64,000 nucleotides of DNA from Candidatus Latescibacterota bacterium (lineage in GTDB: Bacteria; Latescibacterota; UBA2968), in NCBI GenBank assembly GCA_965198115.1, contig OZ240241.1, positions 4,032,001 to 4,096,000 of the forward strand, written 5' to 3'. The notes beneath the pieces are model-generated. The model saw nothing but the letters and a program-made list of their open reading frames with translations. It did not search any database and was not told where the DNA came from. This document shows positions 32,353-42,275 of the stretch, one piece after another. The position numbers and the translations under genes are program-made. How positions within the stretch are numbered: the first letter of the stretch is position 1; the number at the start of each line of letters is the position of its first letter.

Positions 32353-33063
32353 ATGGAACGCTTCGTCGGCACTAGCGGATACAACTACAAAGAATGGAAG
32401 GGCGTTTTTTATCCCGAGAAGACCGCCTCGAAGGATATGTTGCGCTACTATGCGAGTCAGCTCAACACGGTCGAAATCAACAACACTTTCTATCGCGTCC
32501 CTAAGCCCCACGTCGTCGAATCCTGGGTGGAGCAGGTCCCAAAAGCCTTTCGATTCGTCACGAAGGCGACGCGCCGGATCACCCACATCAAGCGACTCAA
32601 GGAAGCCGGCGAGGAAACTGAATATTTTCTTGGCATCGCATCCCACTTCGGACCGTCGCTCGGCGCGATCCTCTTCCAGCTTCCTCCTTTCTTGCGTGGC
32701 GACGTCGATCGTCTGCGAGCGTTCGTCGACAACCTTCCGGAAGGCACGCGAGCTGCGTTCGAATTCCGTCACGACAGCTGGTATGTAGACGAGGTGTTCG
32801 ACACGCTTCGAGAGCGGAATCTCGCTCTGTGTTTCGCGCACGACGAAGAGGACACCGATGAAGATGTGGCACTGCGGTATGTGTCTACGGCCGACTGGGG
32901 CTATCTGCGACTGAGAGCCAAGGGCTACAGTGACGAGGAGCTCAAGCATTGGTCCGACAGCATCGATGCGAACGGCTGGAAGGAATCCTACATCTTCTTC
33001 AAACACGAGGATGATGGGGCGGGACCCGACCTTGCCGCCCGATTCAACGCGCTGTCGGAGTAA
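32353..33063 (+). CDS. DUF72 domain protein
   Basis: VGTSGYNYKEWKGVFYP, TVEINNTFY, LFQLPP and FEFRHDSW motifs. Confidence 0.93.
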   Translation: MERFVGTSGYNYKEWKGVFYPEKTASKDMLRYYASQLNTVEINNTFYRVPKPHVVESWVEQVPKAFRFVTKATRRITHIKRLKEAGEETEYFLGIASHFGPSLGAILFQLPPFLRGDVDRLRAFVDNLPEGTRAAFEFRHDSWYVDEVFDTLRERNLALCFAHDEEDTDEDVALRYVSTADWGYLRLRAKGYSDEELKHWSDSIDANGWKESYIFFKHEDDGAGPDLAARFNALSE

Positions 33064-33152
33064 ACAACCTCTCCATAGACCCTCACCTCACCCGTACCCT
33101 CAAATCCAAAAAGACACGTCCCACAGGCGTGTTCTTTGCCACGAGCGCATAG

Positions 33153-33878
33153 GTGTCACGCGTCGAAGGACACTACAAGCAGCTCCTATCCCGTCACTAC
33201 ACGTGGTTGTGTGGGGGCCTTGAATCCAACACTGAGCGTAACCTTGGGTTCTTCGCCGAAACCGGGCTCGTTCCAGCGCAGGATGACCTGGCAGTCGATC
33301 TTGGATCCGGATCCGGCTTCCAGTCCGTGGCGCTCGCCCGACTGGGTTACCGTGTCCTGGCCATCGACCAGTCCGAGGACCTTCTGACCGAACTGCAGCG
33401 TGCATCGTCGGACCTTCCGATCCAGACCGTTCAAGATGACCTGATCCATTTCGAAAGACACCTCGACACCACGCCTTCCCTCATTGTCTGCATGGGGGAC
33501 ACGATTACACATCTTGACGGTCTCGAGGCCATCCAGCTTCTCTTTCACGATATCCACACCTGTCTGGACCCCAAGGGACGCTTCGTCCTCAGCTTTCGCG
33601 ACCTGGGTGTCGAACTCGAAGGAGACGATCGCATCATCCCTCTCAAAAACGACGATGAAACCATCTTCACCTGCTTCCTCGAATATGAAGACGATTTCGT
33701 AACAGTCAACGACATCGTCTACGAACGAAGGGACGGAGACTGGCATCTCTATCGCAGTAGCTATAGGAAAGTTCGTCTTACATCCGCCCACATTCACGAT
33801 CTCTTCCCCAAGATCGGTTTCGAGATCGTCTCCTCAAAAGTCGAAGACGGCTTCGTCACACTCGTCGCCCGCAAATAA
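33153..33878 (+). CDS. Class I SAM-dependent methyltransferase
   Basis: Motif I AVDLGSGSG. Confidence 0.88.
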   Translation: MSRVEGHYKQLLSRHYTWLCGGLESNTERNLGFFAETGLVPAQDDLAVDLGSGSGFQSVALARLGYRVLAIDQSEDLLTELQRASSDLPIQTVQDDLIHFERHLDTTPSLIVCMGDTITHLDGLEAIQLLFHDIHTCLDPKGRFVLSFRDLGVELEGDDRIIPLKNDDETIFTCFLEYEDDFVTVNDIVYERRDGDWHLYRSSYRKVRLTSAHIHDLFPKIGFEIVSSKVEDGFVTLVARK

Positions 33879-33892
33879 GTCTGGGATCTATC

Positions 33893-34750
33893 GTGGGAAA
33901 CCCTCACACCTTCAATCTCGGGAACTTCGAACTCACCATCATCTCCGAGGGCAACGTCTACGGGGATCCGGCTATCGTCTTCGAGGGCATGGATGAATCC
34001 GTATGGCGCCCTCTCACGACACTCGACGACCGCGGCCGACTCGTCTTCGGCCTCAACATCATCCTCGTCCGGACGGCCGATCGTCTGGTCCTCCTCGACA
34101 CGGGAATCGGCGAACCGAACGAAGCACGCGAACGGTTCGAATCGATGTTCCCCTTTGAGCCGCATCTGCCCCTGCTAGGCGCCTTCGGCACCCTCGGGAT
34201 TTCACCCAGCGATGTAACCGACGTCGTGTATTCGCACGTTCACGCCGACCACATTATGGGAACGACCGTCGATCGTGAAGGAATCCGCGTCCCCTCCTTC
34301 CCCAAGGCACATCACTTCATGCACCGTGCGGACGGCGGCCAGGTGCCTGAGCGTCCAGACCGCAGGGCAAACTACAACCTGCACATCCCCATCCTGCAGG
34401 AACACGGTTTGTTCAACCTCACCGACGGCGGTCACGAGATCGCCCCTGGTATCACCACCATCCACGCCCCGGGCGAATCACCGGGCCACATTCTCGTGCG
34501 ACTCGAATCACAAGGTCACATCGCCTACTATGTGGGCGACCTCTTTCACGACCCGTGCGAGGCCGAGCATATCGACTTTGTCTGGCCCGGCCGGGACGCG
34601 GCAGCGATGATCCCATCCCGCAAAGACCTGATCGACCGCGCCACTCGAGAGAGCGCACTGCTCCTCGTCGCCCACACCCCCTTTCCGGGAACGGCACGAA
34701 TCGCCCGGGAAGGCGGTCCTATCGACTGGCAGGTCGTCGAGAACCCCTAA
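33893..34750 (+). CDS. MBL-fold metallo-hydrolase
   Basis: SHVHADH and LLDTG motifs; PGESPGH has Glu where His is usual. Confidence 0.88.
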   Translation: MGNPHTFNLGNFELTIISEGNVYGDPAIVFEGMDESVWRPLTTLDDRGRLVFGLNIILVRTADRLVLLDTGIGEPNEARERFESMFPFEPHLPLLGAFGTLGISPSDVTDVVYSHVHADHIMGTTVDREGIRVPSFPKAHHFMHRADGGQVPERPDRRANYNLHIPILQEHGLFNLTDGGHEIAPGITTIHAPGESPGHILVRLESQGHIAYYVGDLFHDPCEAEHIDFVWPGRDAAAMIPSRKDLIDRATRESALLLVAHTPFPGTARIAREGGPIDWQVVENP

Positions 34751-34797
34751 ATCATCCACGAGTCCACACGCGAGAACCGATCCTGTCGGAGGACACC

Positions 34798-36432
34798 ATG
34801 CTACGCACTATCGTCACCGCCACACTCTTCACCGCATCCATTGCATTCGGTCAAGACGATGGACCCATCGCCGGCCTCCTCGGGGGCATGGGCGACCACC
34901 AGTACGCTGTTACGACAGACGACCCCCTGGTCCAGCGCTTCTTCGATCAGGGCCTCGTGCTCACCTACGGATTCAACCATCTCGAAGCAGAGCTCTCCTT
35001 CCGAGAGGCGGCTCGCCGCGAACCCGACTGCGCCATGGCGTGGTGGGGTGTCGCCCTCGTCCAGGGTCCCAATATCAACTTGGGCATGCAGCCCGATGCG
35101 GTGCCCAAAGCGTGGGAATCCATTCAGAGGGCGCTGGCACTTCGCGAATCCGTCTCCGACAAGGAGCGGGGCCTGATCGACGCACTCGCGCAGCGCTACG
35201 AGCCAACGGCTTCCGACGACCGATCGACCCTCGACCAAGCCTACGCGGACGCGATGAGCGACCTACATGCTCGGTATCCCGGCGACACGGACATTGGGAC
35301 CCTTTACGCCGAGTCGCTCATGGACCTCCACCCGTGGGACTATTGGGAGGCCAACGGCGTGCCCAAACCGTGGGCGAACGACATTCTGGCCGTGCTCGAC
35401 GATGTGCTCACGAAGGATCCCGACAACCCGGGCGCGAACCATCTTTACGTGCACGCCATCGAAGCGTCCAAAACACCGAACAAGGGGGTGCCGAGCGCCA
35501 ACCGGCTGCGCGTGTCCGTCCCTGGCGCCGGCCACCTGCTGCACATGCCGTCGCATATCGACATCCGCGTCGGCACCTACAAGGAAGGGATGATCGCGAA
35601 CGAGAAATCAATCGAAGCGGATGATCAATATTTCAGCACGACCTGTGGACGACCCGGGGTCTACACCCTCGCGTACTACCCGCACAACTGGCACTTCCTA
35701 TGGGCCACCGCGACACTCGCCGGCGACAGAGCCAAGGCCATATCCGCCGCCCGTGGACTCGTCACGAAAGTCGACACAGCAGCCATGCGTGCCATGAAGC
35801 TGGCTGCCCTCGAGCACTTCCTGACGATCCCCATCCACACCCTCGTCAAATTCGAAGAATGGGAGGGCGTCCTGGCCGAGCCGCAACCCCCGGCCGACCT
35901 TACTTACTCACAGGGAATATGGCGCTACGCCCGGGCGATCGCATTCGCCCGCACGGACGAAATCGGCAACGCCAGGCAGGAGCTTTCTGCACTCCGGACA
36001 ATCGCCGCGGACACGTCGCTCACGGAATATCGAATCTGGGACATCAACAGCACCGCAGAGGTCCTCACCATCGCCCGAGAAGTCGCCACCGGGGAGATCG
36101 CGGCTGCCGACGGCGAAACCGACTGGGCGCTCAAGCATCTGCACGACGCCGTCACCCTCGAGGACCAGCTTCGTTACACCGAGCCATCGGACTGGCCAGC
36201 CTCCACCCGTCACACCTTGGGTCGTGTGCTCCTGAACGCTGGACACCACAAGGAGGCGGAACTGACCTTCAAAGAGGATCTCGCCATCTATCCCGAAAAC
36301 GGCTGGGCCCTCCAGGGGCTCCTCGAAGGCTATCGGACAACCGGGAATGCAGAAGGCTCGGCCGATACACAGAAACGTCTGGCCGAAGCGTGGGCCCACG
36401 CCGACATCGAGCCCGGGACCATCGGCCTCTGA
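34798..36432 (+). CDS. Exported TPR-like protein of a conserved uncharacterised family
   Basis: Signal peptide; FFDQGL..YGFNH, PGANHLYVHAIE and HLLHMPSHI motifs. Confidence 0.85.
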   Translation: MLRTIVTATLFTASIAFGQDDGPIAGLLGGMGDHQYAVTTDDPLVQRFFDQGLVLTYGFNHLEAELSFREAARREPDCAMAWWGVALVQGPNINLGMQPDAVPKAWESIQRALALRESVSDKERGLIDALAQRYEPTASDDRSTLDQAYADAMSDLHARYPGDTDIGTLYAESLMDLHPWDYWEANGVPKPWANDILAVLDDVLTKDPDNPGANHLYVHAIEASKTPNKGVPSANRLRVSVPGAGHLLHMPSHIDIRVGTYKEGMIANEKSIEADDQYFSTTCGRPGVYTLAYYPHNWHFLWATATLAGDRAKAISAARGLVTKVDTAAMRAMKLAALEHFLTIPIHTLVKFEEWEGVLAEPQPPADLTYSQGIWRYARAIAFARTDEIGNARQELSALRTIAADTSLTEYRIWDINSTAEVLTIAREVATGEIAAADGETDWALKHLHDAVTLEDQLRYTEPSDWPASTRHTLGRVLLNAGHHKEAELTFKEDLAIYPENGWALQGLLEGYRTTGNAEGSADTQKRLAEAWAHADIEPGTIGL

Positions 36433-36460
36433 ACCCAAACAATGTTGGATTCCCACAGGA

Positions 36461-36493
36461 AAGGGGCGCTCTCAATCGATGAGGGCGCCCCTT
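36461..36493. terminator. Hairpin between convergent genes
   Basis: aaggggcgctctca-atcga-tgagggcgcccctt. Confidence 0.75.
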
Positions 36494-36519
36494 CTCGTGT
36501 CGTGACAATCTCATAACAA

Positions 36520-37935
36520 TCAGCACTCGAGCCTCTTTCGCTCGGCTTCTACCTCTTCACACCATTCCTCCAGCTCAGACAGCATCCTGGCAGCGCGCTC
36601 TGGTTCGCGTTCGGCTAGGTTGTCTGCTTCCGCACGATCCGATTCGACATCGTAGAGCTCGATCGGAAGAGGATCGGGAATGGTGCGCTCCGGCTCCGGG
36701 TCGGTCATCAGGCGAACGCGTTCCGGATGGTATTTGTACTCGATGTCCAGTTCGACGTAGCGCGCCATAAGCTCAGCCGAACGATCGTTCGCAGGTGGCA
36801 TCGTCAGAGCCGGCCGAATGAGCTTGAAACACCCGTCCCGTATCGCTGCGTTCGAAGTGTAGACGGGTTCGCTCCCACTCCACTGCCAGAACCGCATCGG
36901 TGGCTCCGACACCTCCCCACCGCACAGCACGTTCTGTTGATTCTGCCCATCGATTGGCCGCGTTTCAGGCAACTCGACGCCCGCCATCGCGGCCAGTGTG
37001 GGAAACCAATCCGTAAAGTGGATCAGATCCGTGACCTCGCGGTCCGACTCGAGACCATCCGTCCATCGCACGATCATCGGAACACGGATTCCACCCTCGT
37101 AAACCGAGCCCTTCCCTGCTCGCAACCCCGCATTTGGTCGACGTGTATCCGTCGACCAACCTTCCGGCACCTGATCGTCACGAAGCCTCATCGCGGGCCC
37201 ATTGTCGCTCGTGAACATCACGATCGTGTTGTCTGCAACCCCGAGCTTTTCCAGCTCCTCCAGAACCTGCCCAACACCCGCGTCCATCACCTCGATCATC
37301 GCATAAGTCGCCGCAATCTGCTCTGAGTGACCCGCCTCCCGATAACTTTACTGCCACATCCGCCGGTGCCTGAAGCGGCGAATACGGGGCGTTGTAGGGC
37401 AGCATCATAAAGAAAGGCTCTGCCCGATGCTGTCTCACGAATGCGATCGCCTCATCCGTCAACACATCCGTCAGGTAGCGCCCGTCCGACCGCTCGCGCC
37501 GGCCGTTTCGCTCGACCCACCAGTCCCAGTAGTCCATCCACCCGCCCCGGAACCCGACGAACGTATCGATCCCCGAGCATTTGGATGGTAGCGGTCATCG
37601 AGCGCACCGTTGTGCCATTTCCCAATCAGCCCTGTCGCATAACCGCCCTGCTTGAAAACATCCCCGATCGTTGCTTCGTCCAACGCGATGCGATCCTTCC
37701 CCCGCACTTCCTGTGGCGACAGAGCGCCAGTTCTGTGGGCGTATCGCCCCGTCAGCAGCGAAGCGCGAGCAGGCGAACAGACCGGCGATCCGGAGTAGTG
37801 TTGAGTCAGGCACAGACCTTCCCCAATCAGCGCGTCGAGATGCGGGGTCCTCACCCGCCCCTCGCTGAACGCCCCAAAATCACCGTAGCCCATGTCATCG
37901 GCCACGATCAGGATGATGTTTGGTTTAGTCGCCAA
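36520..37935 (-). pseudogene. Arylsulfatase-family sulfatase split by two frameshifts
   Basis: KPNIILIVADDMGYGD, CSPARASLLTG, GKWH, FTSDNG and YEGGIRVP are spread over three frames (shifts near 37570 and 37340). Confidence 0.85.
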
Positions 37936-38054
37936 TCAGATAAAGCTGCTTCGCATACCTGCCACAAGGCCCGAACAGGGAAATGCCGTACGATCGGGTT
38001 GAAAGCGTCCACGTTCCCGTTCAAGACCAGCCTGGATCTGTTCCGCGAGATCTG

Positions 38055-38462
38055 TCACGGGGTAGTCGTTTTGCTCGTGAAGATGAGACCATTCTTGAAC
38101 GGATCGCTAAGATGAAGCTCGGTCTTTTCCCAGGGCTGGTCGACCAGTTCCATTCCGTGATGAGTGGTGGCAGACTCCTCGAGCATCTGGGTGTTTCTGG
38201 CTTTCAGGTCATCGAAGAATGCGTGCACATCCTCCACATCCGCCAGAATCCCGGTGCCCTCCGGAACCTTGTGTTCGGTCAAGTGAAGCGCCAGCTCCCC
38301 CTTCGTGATCCCGGGACTCACCCCTCTCGAAATTCCCATGTAGACAGGGAGACCTGGCTGGTGTCGCCACTCGAAATCGATCTTGAATCCGAGAAAATCG
38401 ACGTAAAATGGCAATGCCTCATCGTAACTCTGGATGTAGAAGGTGGGATATACGCGCGACAT
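38055..38462 (-). CDS. VOC/glyoxalase (bleomycin-resistance-like) family protein
   Basis: ALPFYVDFLGFKIDFEWR, LHLTEH and DPFKNGLIF motifs. Confidence 0.85.
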   Translation of the reverse strand: MSRVYPTFYIQSYDEALPFYVDFLGFKIDFEWRHQPGLPVYMGISRGVSPGITKGELALHLTEHKVPEGTGILADVEDVHAFFDDLKARNTQMLEESATTHHGMELVDQPWEKTELHLSDPFKNGLIFTSKTTTP

Positions 38463-38554
38463 TTTGACTCCTCTGTTTCGCACTTCAGTGCCTCTCGGCG
38501 TCCTGTCTCTGTGGTCCCCGCGTCCTCTGCGCTAATGTCTTTCCCCTCCGCGCC

Positions 38555-38582
38555 GGAGCCTGCCCCGAGCGGAGTCGAGGGG
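38555..38582. repeat. REP-like repeat, copy 3
   Basis: Reverse complement cccctcgactccgctcggggcaggctcc is 23/28 identical to 3255-3282. Confidence 0.7.
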
Positions 38583-38589
38583 TGTTGCT

Positions 38590-39633
38590 CTACCCACCCA
38601 GCGGCAAGTGCACCGTGGCGTGGTCTTCGACGGACCGGAATACCGCCTCAGTAAACTCCATGTACTTCACGCCCTGGTAAAACGTCGATTCCGGTTCGCC
38701 TGCGAAGCGTCCCTGAATCGCGTCGATGAAGTCCTGCTCGACGGTCCATTCACGGATCTCGCCCTCCGGAACCGTCAGCTCTTTCATTTCATCGTCACCC
38801 GTTTTGCCACCCAGAATCTGATGGCTCCCCAGGTAGTAAACCATCGCGCCTTCACTGCCATAGGCCTCGATGCTGCCGGGATGCGTCATCTGAGAAAGAC
38901 CTGAAAAAACGAGTGTCGCCAGGGCACCACTCTCCATTTCGGCCAGAATGTTGACCAAGTCGGGGCGCTCGACCGGGCCCAGCCCCCCGTCCACCGGCCG
39001 CTCCTTGGTGTAAGTCTTGCCCTGAGCCGAAACCGACGACGCGTAACCGAACCAGCGATGCACGTATTCGACGAGCATGCCGAGCCGTAACGTGTTGAGG
39101 CCGGAATAGCGAGCCATCTGACGCCAGGTCAGCGCACCATCAGGATCAACCAGGTCGCCGTTCGTGCACCGCACGTAGATGTTGTAGACGTCGCCCAGAA
39201 ACCCCTCGTCGATCAGCCGTCGAACGAACCAGTCTCCCCGCAAGCAATGCGGTGGCGGACAGATCTGCACCACGCGGTCCGACTCCATCGCCCTGCCGTG
39301 CATCAGCCGCGCCTCCGCGTAGTCCATCGCCATACGAGCCTGCACAAAAACGTGTTTGCCCGCGTCCAGGGATTCGATCACGAGCGGACAGTGGAGATAC
39401 GGCCACGTTCCGATCATCACCGCGTCGACGTCGTCACGAGCGATCAGCACGTGAGGATCCGTAACGATGTCGGGGCGTAGACCGAAGTCATCTGCGATCT
39501 TTCGACCGCTCTCTTCACTTCGATTGCAGACCGCCACCACCTCAGCGTCATCGATCTTGGCCAAACCTGGGAAGTGACGACTCCGGAAGATGCCGCCCGC
39601 ACCGATCACACCGATTCGAACTGTATCCGCCAT
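38590..39633 (-). CDS. Gfo/Idh/MocA family oxidoreductase
   Basis: RIGVIGAG and AGKHVFVQARMA motifs. Confidence 0.9.
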   Translation of the reverse strand: MADTVRIGVIGAGGIFRSRHFPGLAKIDDAEVVAVCNRSEESGRKIADDFGLRPDIVTDPHVLIARDDVDAVMIGTWPYLHCPLVIESLDAGKHVFVQARMAMDYAEARLMHGRAMESDRVVQICPPPHCLRGDWFVRRLIDEGFLGDVYNIYVRCTNGDLVDPDGALTWRQMARYSGLNTLRLGMLVEYVHRWFGYASSVSAQGKTYTKERPVDGGLGPVERPDLVNILAEMESGALATLVFSGLSQMTHPGSIEAYGSEGAMVYYLGSHQILGGKTGDDEMKELTVPEGEIREWTVEQDFIDAIQGRFAGEPESTFYQGVKYMEFTEAVFRSVEDHATVHLPLGG

Positions 39634-39661
39634 CGTTCCTCCAATTCTCGACTCGCGATCA

Positions 39662-41584
39662 TCAGTTCTTGATGAACAGTTGTTCGTGAAAAACGGGCCG
39701 GCTCCACCCCATGTAGGCGTCTTCCGTCGTCACCTCTTCGGGCACGTTCCCCAGCCGCGTGCCGGATCCCCAGACTGGCGTCACGAAGCCGGCGTTGATG
39801 AACGGGACCTCTTCCGTCACACGGTCGCGTACCTGCACCATTTTCGATAGGACCTCTGCGGGGTCGATCGTCGCACCCGCCTCCTCGATCCATCGCGAAA
39901 GCTCGTGGAGCCAGGGTGGGCCGACCGATGCCGCATTCCTGTGCCAGAAGGGACGATTGGGGCCCGTGATCGCCCATTGATGCCGATTGATCGACGGGTC
40001 GCTCGGCAAGCTCCTCCCCCAGAAGACATCGAAGTCACCCGCATTTCGTCTTGGAAGAATGATGTCACGCAAAGCGATGTTCAGGCTCACGTCGATCCCG
40101 AGCGCGCGCCACTGCTCGGCAACGAGTTCGCAGACGTCGATGCCCATGCCGGATATAACATCGATCGTGATCGCAAACCTCGTACCGTCGGCAAACTCTC
40201 GGAAACCGTCCCTGTCCCCGTCCACCAGTCCGGCCTCGTCGAGCAACGCCCTCGCCTTTGCCGGATCGTACGCTGCATAGGTTGGCATCAGGCTCGGGTC
40301 GTGGTAGACGCTGGAAGGGCCGAATGTCGTACCGGCAGGTTCCAGAAGTCCGTGATAGACGATCTGACCCAGCTCTTCCCGATCGATCCCGTGCGACAGC
40401 GCCATCCGCACGCGTCGATCCCTGAAGGCGTGTGCCAGCGCCTCTCGGGGCGCATCCCAGTTGAGGTAAAGAACCGACGCAGGCACGGGAGCTGCGAATC
40501 GCAGCTTGAACTTGCCGTCCCGCTCGGCGGTCTTCAGCGTCGAATACATGTTGATCTGCGCGTATCGGCCGAAAAGATCGATCTCCCCATTCATGAACTT
40601 GAGCAATATGACCTGAGGATCGAGTATGATGTTGAAGACGATTCGATCCGCGTAGGGCAGCTGATTGCCTTCTGAATCTATTTTGAAGTAGTAGGGGTTC
40701 CGCTCATAGACGACGCGTTGACCGCGTACCCATTCGACCGGGACCCACGGAGACAATCTTGGGAGGTTCGGCTTCAGAATCAGCTTCCCGGCCGTCGTGC
40801 TGTCCCTGAAGCCTTCGTACGTCGCATCCGGATTGTACTTGGGGTGGAGAGACGACAGAATGTGCTTCGGATAGGCGATCCAGTAATTGCTGACGAGGTC
40901 GAGGACCCGTCCGAGGGGCTTATGTGACGTCACCCTGAGCGTAAGGTTGTCGACCTTGGACATCTGAACTGGCTGACCTTCAACCAAAAAGTTGCTCGGG
41001 AAGAGCGGCCGGCTTCGGGCGTCGTCGTTCACCAGCATGTCGTCATACCAGAACAGAATGTCATCGACCGTGAACGGGACGCCATCCGACCATTTGATCC
41101 CCTTTCGAATCCGGAAAATAGCCGTCCTTCCCTCATCCTCGAACGAGTAGCTCTCCGCCAGATTGGGCACGATCCGTTTGGACAGATTCGGACGCTCGTA
41201 GTCCATCAGATTCTCGGTCAGCGTCTTGATCAGCCCGGGGGTCTGAACGATGTCCCCCGTCAACGCCCGTTTGAGCTCTCCACCGTAGCGTCCGATCTCC
41301 TCCACGGGTACGATCACGACAGGATCATCAGGCAGTCTGTCGGAAACGGGCGGCAGACGACCCTGGCGGACACGTTCGGCCAGCATCGGGGCCTCACCGA
41401 ACCGCCGCTCCTCCAGAACCCTCGGATCGATCGTCAGCGGTGCGGTCATCTGACCGACACTCTGGTCTCGCCCAGCGGTGGCGAGACCCGCAATCTCCGT
41501 CTTGCGAACCGGGTTGTCAGGCAGACACCCGTAGGAGAGCGAAAAGACCGTCACGATCACCGCCCTGCAAATCCAGATCATCAC
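39662..41584 (-). CDS. ABC transporter substrate-binding lipoprotein, family 5 (no permease in the window)
   Basis: Lipobox SYGC; LPPVSDRLP, KWSDGVPFTVDDILF and ERNPYYFKID..GNQLPY motifs. Confidence 0.92.
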   Translation of the reverse strand: MMIWICRAVIVTVFSLSYGCLPDNPVRKTEIAGLATAGRDQSVGQMTAPLTIDPRVLEERRFGEAPMLAERVRQGRLPPVSDRLPDDPVVIVPVEEIGRYGGELKRALTGDIVQTPGLIKTLTENLMDYERPNLSKRIVPNLAESYSFEDEGRTAIFRIRKGIKWSDGVPFTVDDILFWYDDMLVNDDARSRPLFPSNFLVEGQPVQMSKVDNLTLRVTSHKPLGRVLDLVSNYWIAYPKHILSSLHPKYNPDATYEGFRDSTTAGKLILKPNLPRLSPWVPVEWVRGQRVVYERNPYYFKIDSEGNQLPYADRIVFNIILDPQVILLKFMNGEIDLFGRYAQINMYSTLKTAERDGKFKLRFAAPVPASVLYLNWDAPREALAHAFRDRRVRMALSHGIDREELGQIVYHGLLEPAGTTFGPSSVYHDPSLMPTYAAYDPAKARALLDEAGLVDGDRDGFREFADGTRFAITIDVISGMGIDVCELVAEQWRALGIDVSLNIALRDIILPRRNAGDFDVFWGRSLPSDPSINRHQWAITGPNRPFWHRNAASVGPPWLHELSRWIEEAGATIDPAEVLSKMVQVRDRVTEEVPFINAGFVTPVWGSGTRLGNVPEEVTTEDAYMGWSRPVFHEQLFIKN

Positions 41585-42075
41585 AAGCCTCGTCGGGATC
41601 TATTCCATTACCCATTGCACAGCGCGGGGAGAAGCGACCGGCGCCATCTCCCCGCGTTGAAACATCCTCGGCTGCGACTCCGGACGGGACGCCCGGTATC
41701 GCCTTACGACGTCAACTGTCCGTTCAGCAAGTTCTTGAGGTCGATCGATGAATCGATCTCGGGTTGTGCAAACCACTCCGGCCAGTATTCCTCTGCCCGC
41801 TCGTTGATCTTGTAGTCGATGCTCTCGAACGCTGCTTTCACGTCTCGGATCAAGGTCAAGGTCTCGCGTGAGGTTCATCGCGAGCAGGCGGCATCAAGAC
41901 CAGAGGAGGTGTGGAGATGAGCGAACGAAGTGTGGAAAGGAGGTCAGCCGAACATCTCAGTCAGGCGGGAAATCAATCGGTACGAACGGGAAGACATCGG
42001 ATATGCAATGGAGGCAGGAGGGATGAACGCGAGGAATCCGATTGGAGACACAAGCCGGCTGAAGCCACGGAAGGT

Positions 42076-42174
42076 CTATATGGGGATCGGGCCGGCGAAC
42101 GTCTCGAGCAACGCATCAAGTTCCAGGAGTCGCACGGGCTTGTAAAAGTACGTCCATCCCGGGCATGCGGATAT
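42076..42174 (-). pseudogene. Internally deleted receiver-domain remnant
   Basis: DIRMPGMD is directly followed, out of frame, by YFYKPVRLLELDALLETFAGPIPI*. Confidence 0.6.
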
Positions 42175-42275
42175 CGATCAGATCCACGTATCACACGCCT
42201 GTAGCACGCAGCAACAAGGTCGATTAGCTGCAATCATTGTTATCACTATTTTAGGACGGATGCGCGTTCTTCGAA

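Noticed and set aside
41600-42070. Intact gene between HK1 and the ABC binding protein
   Set aside because: Only short, conflicting frames without credible starts are present; at most a decayed remnant.
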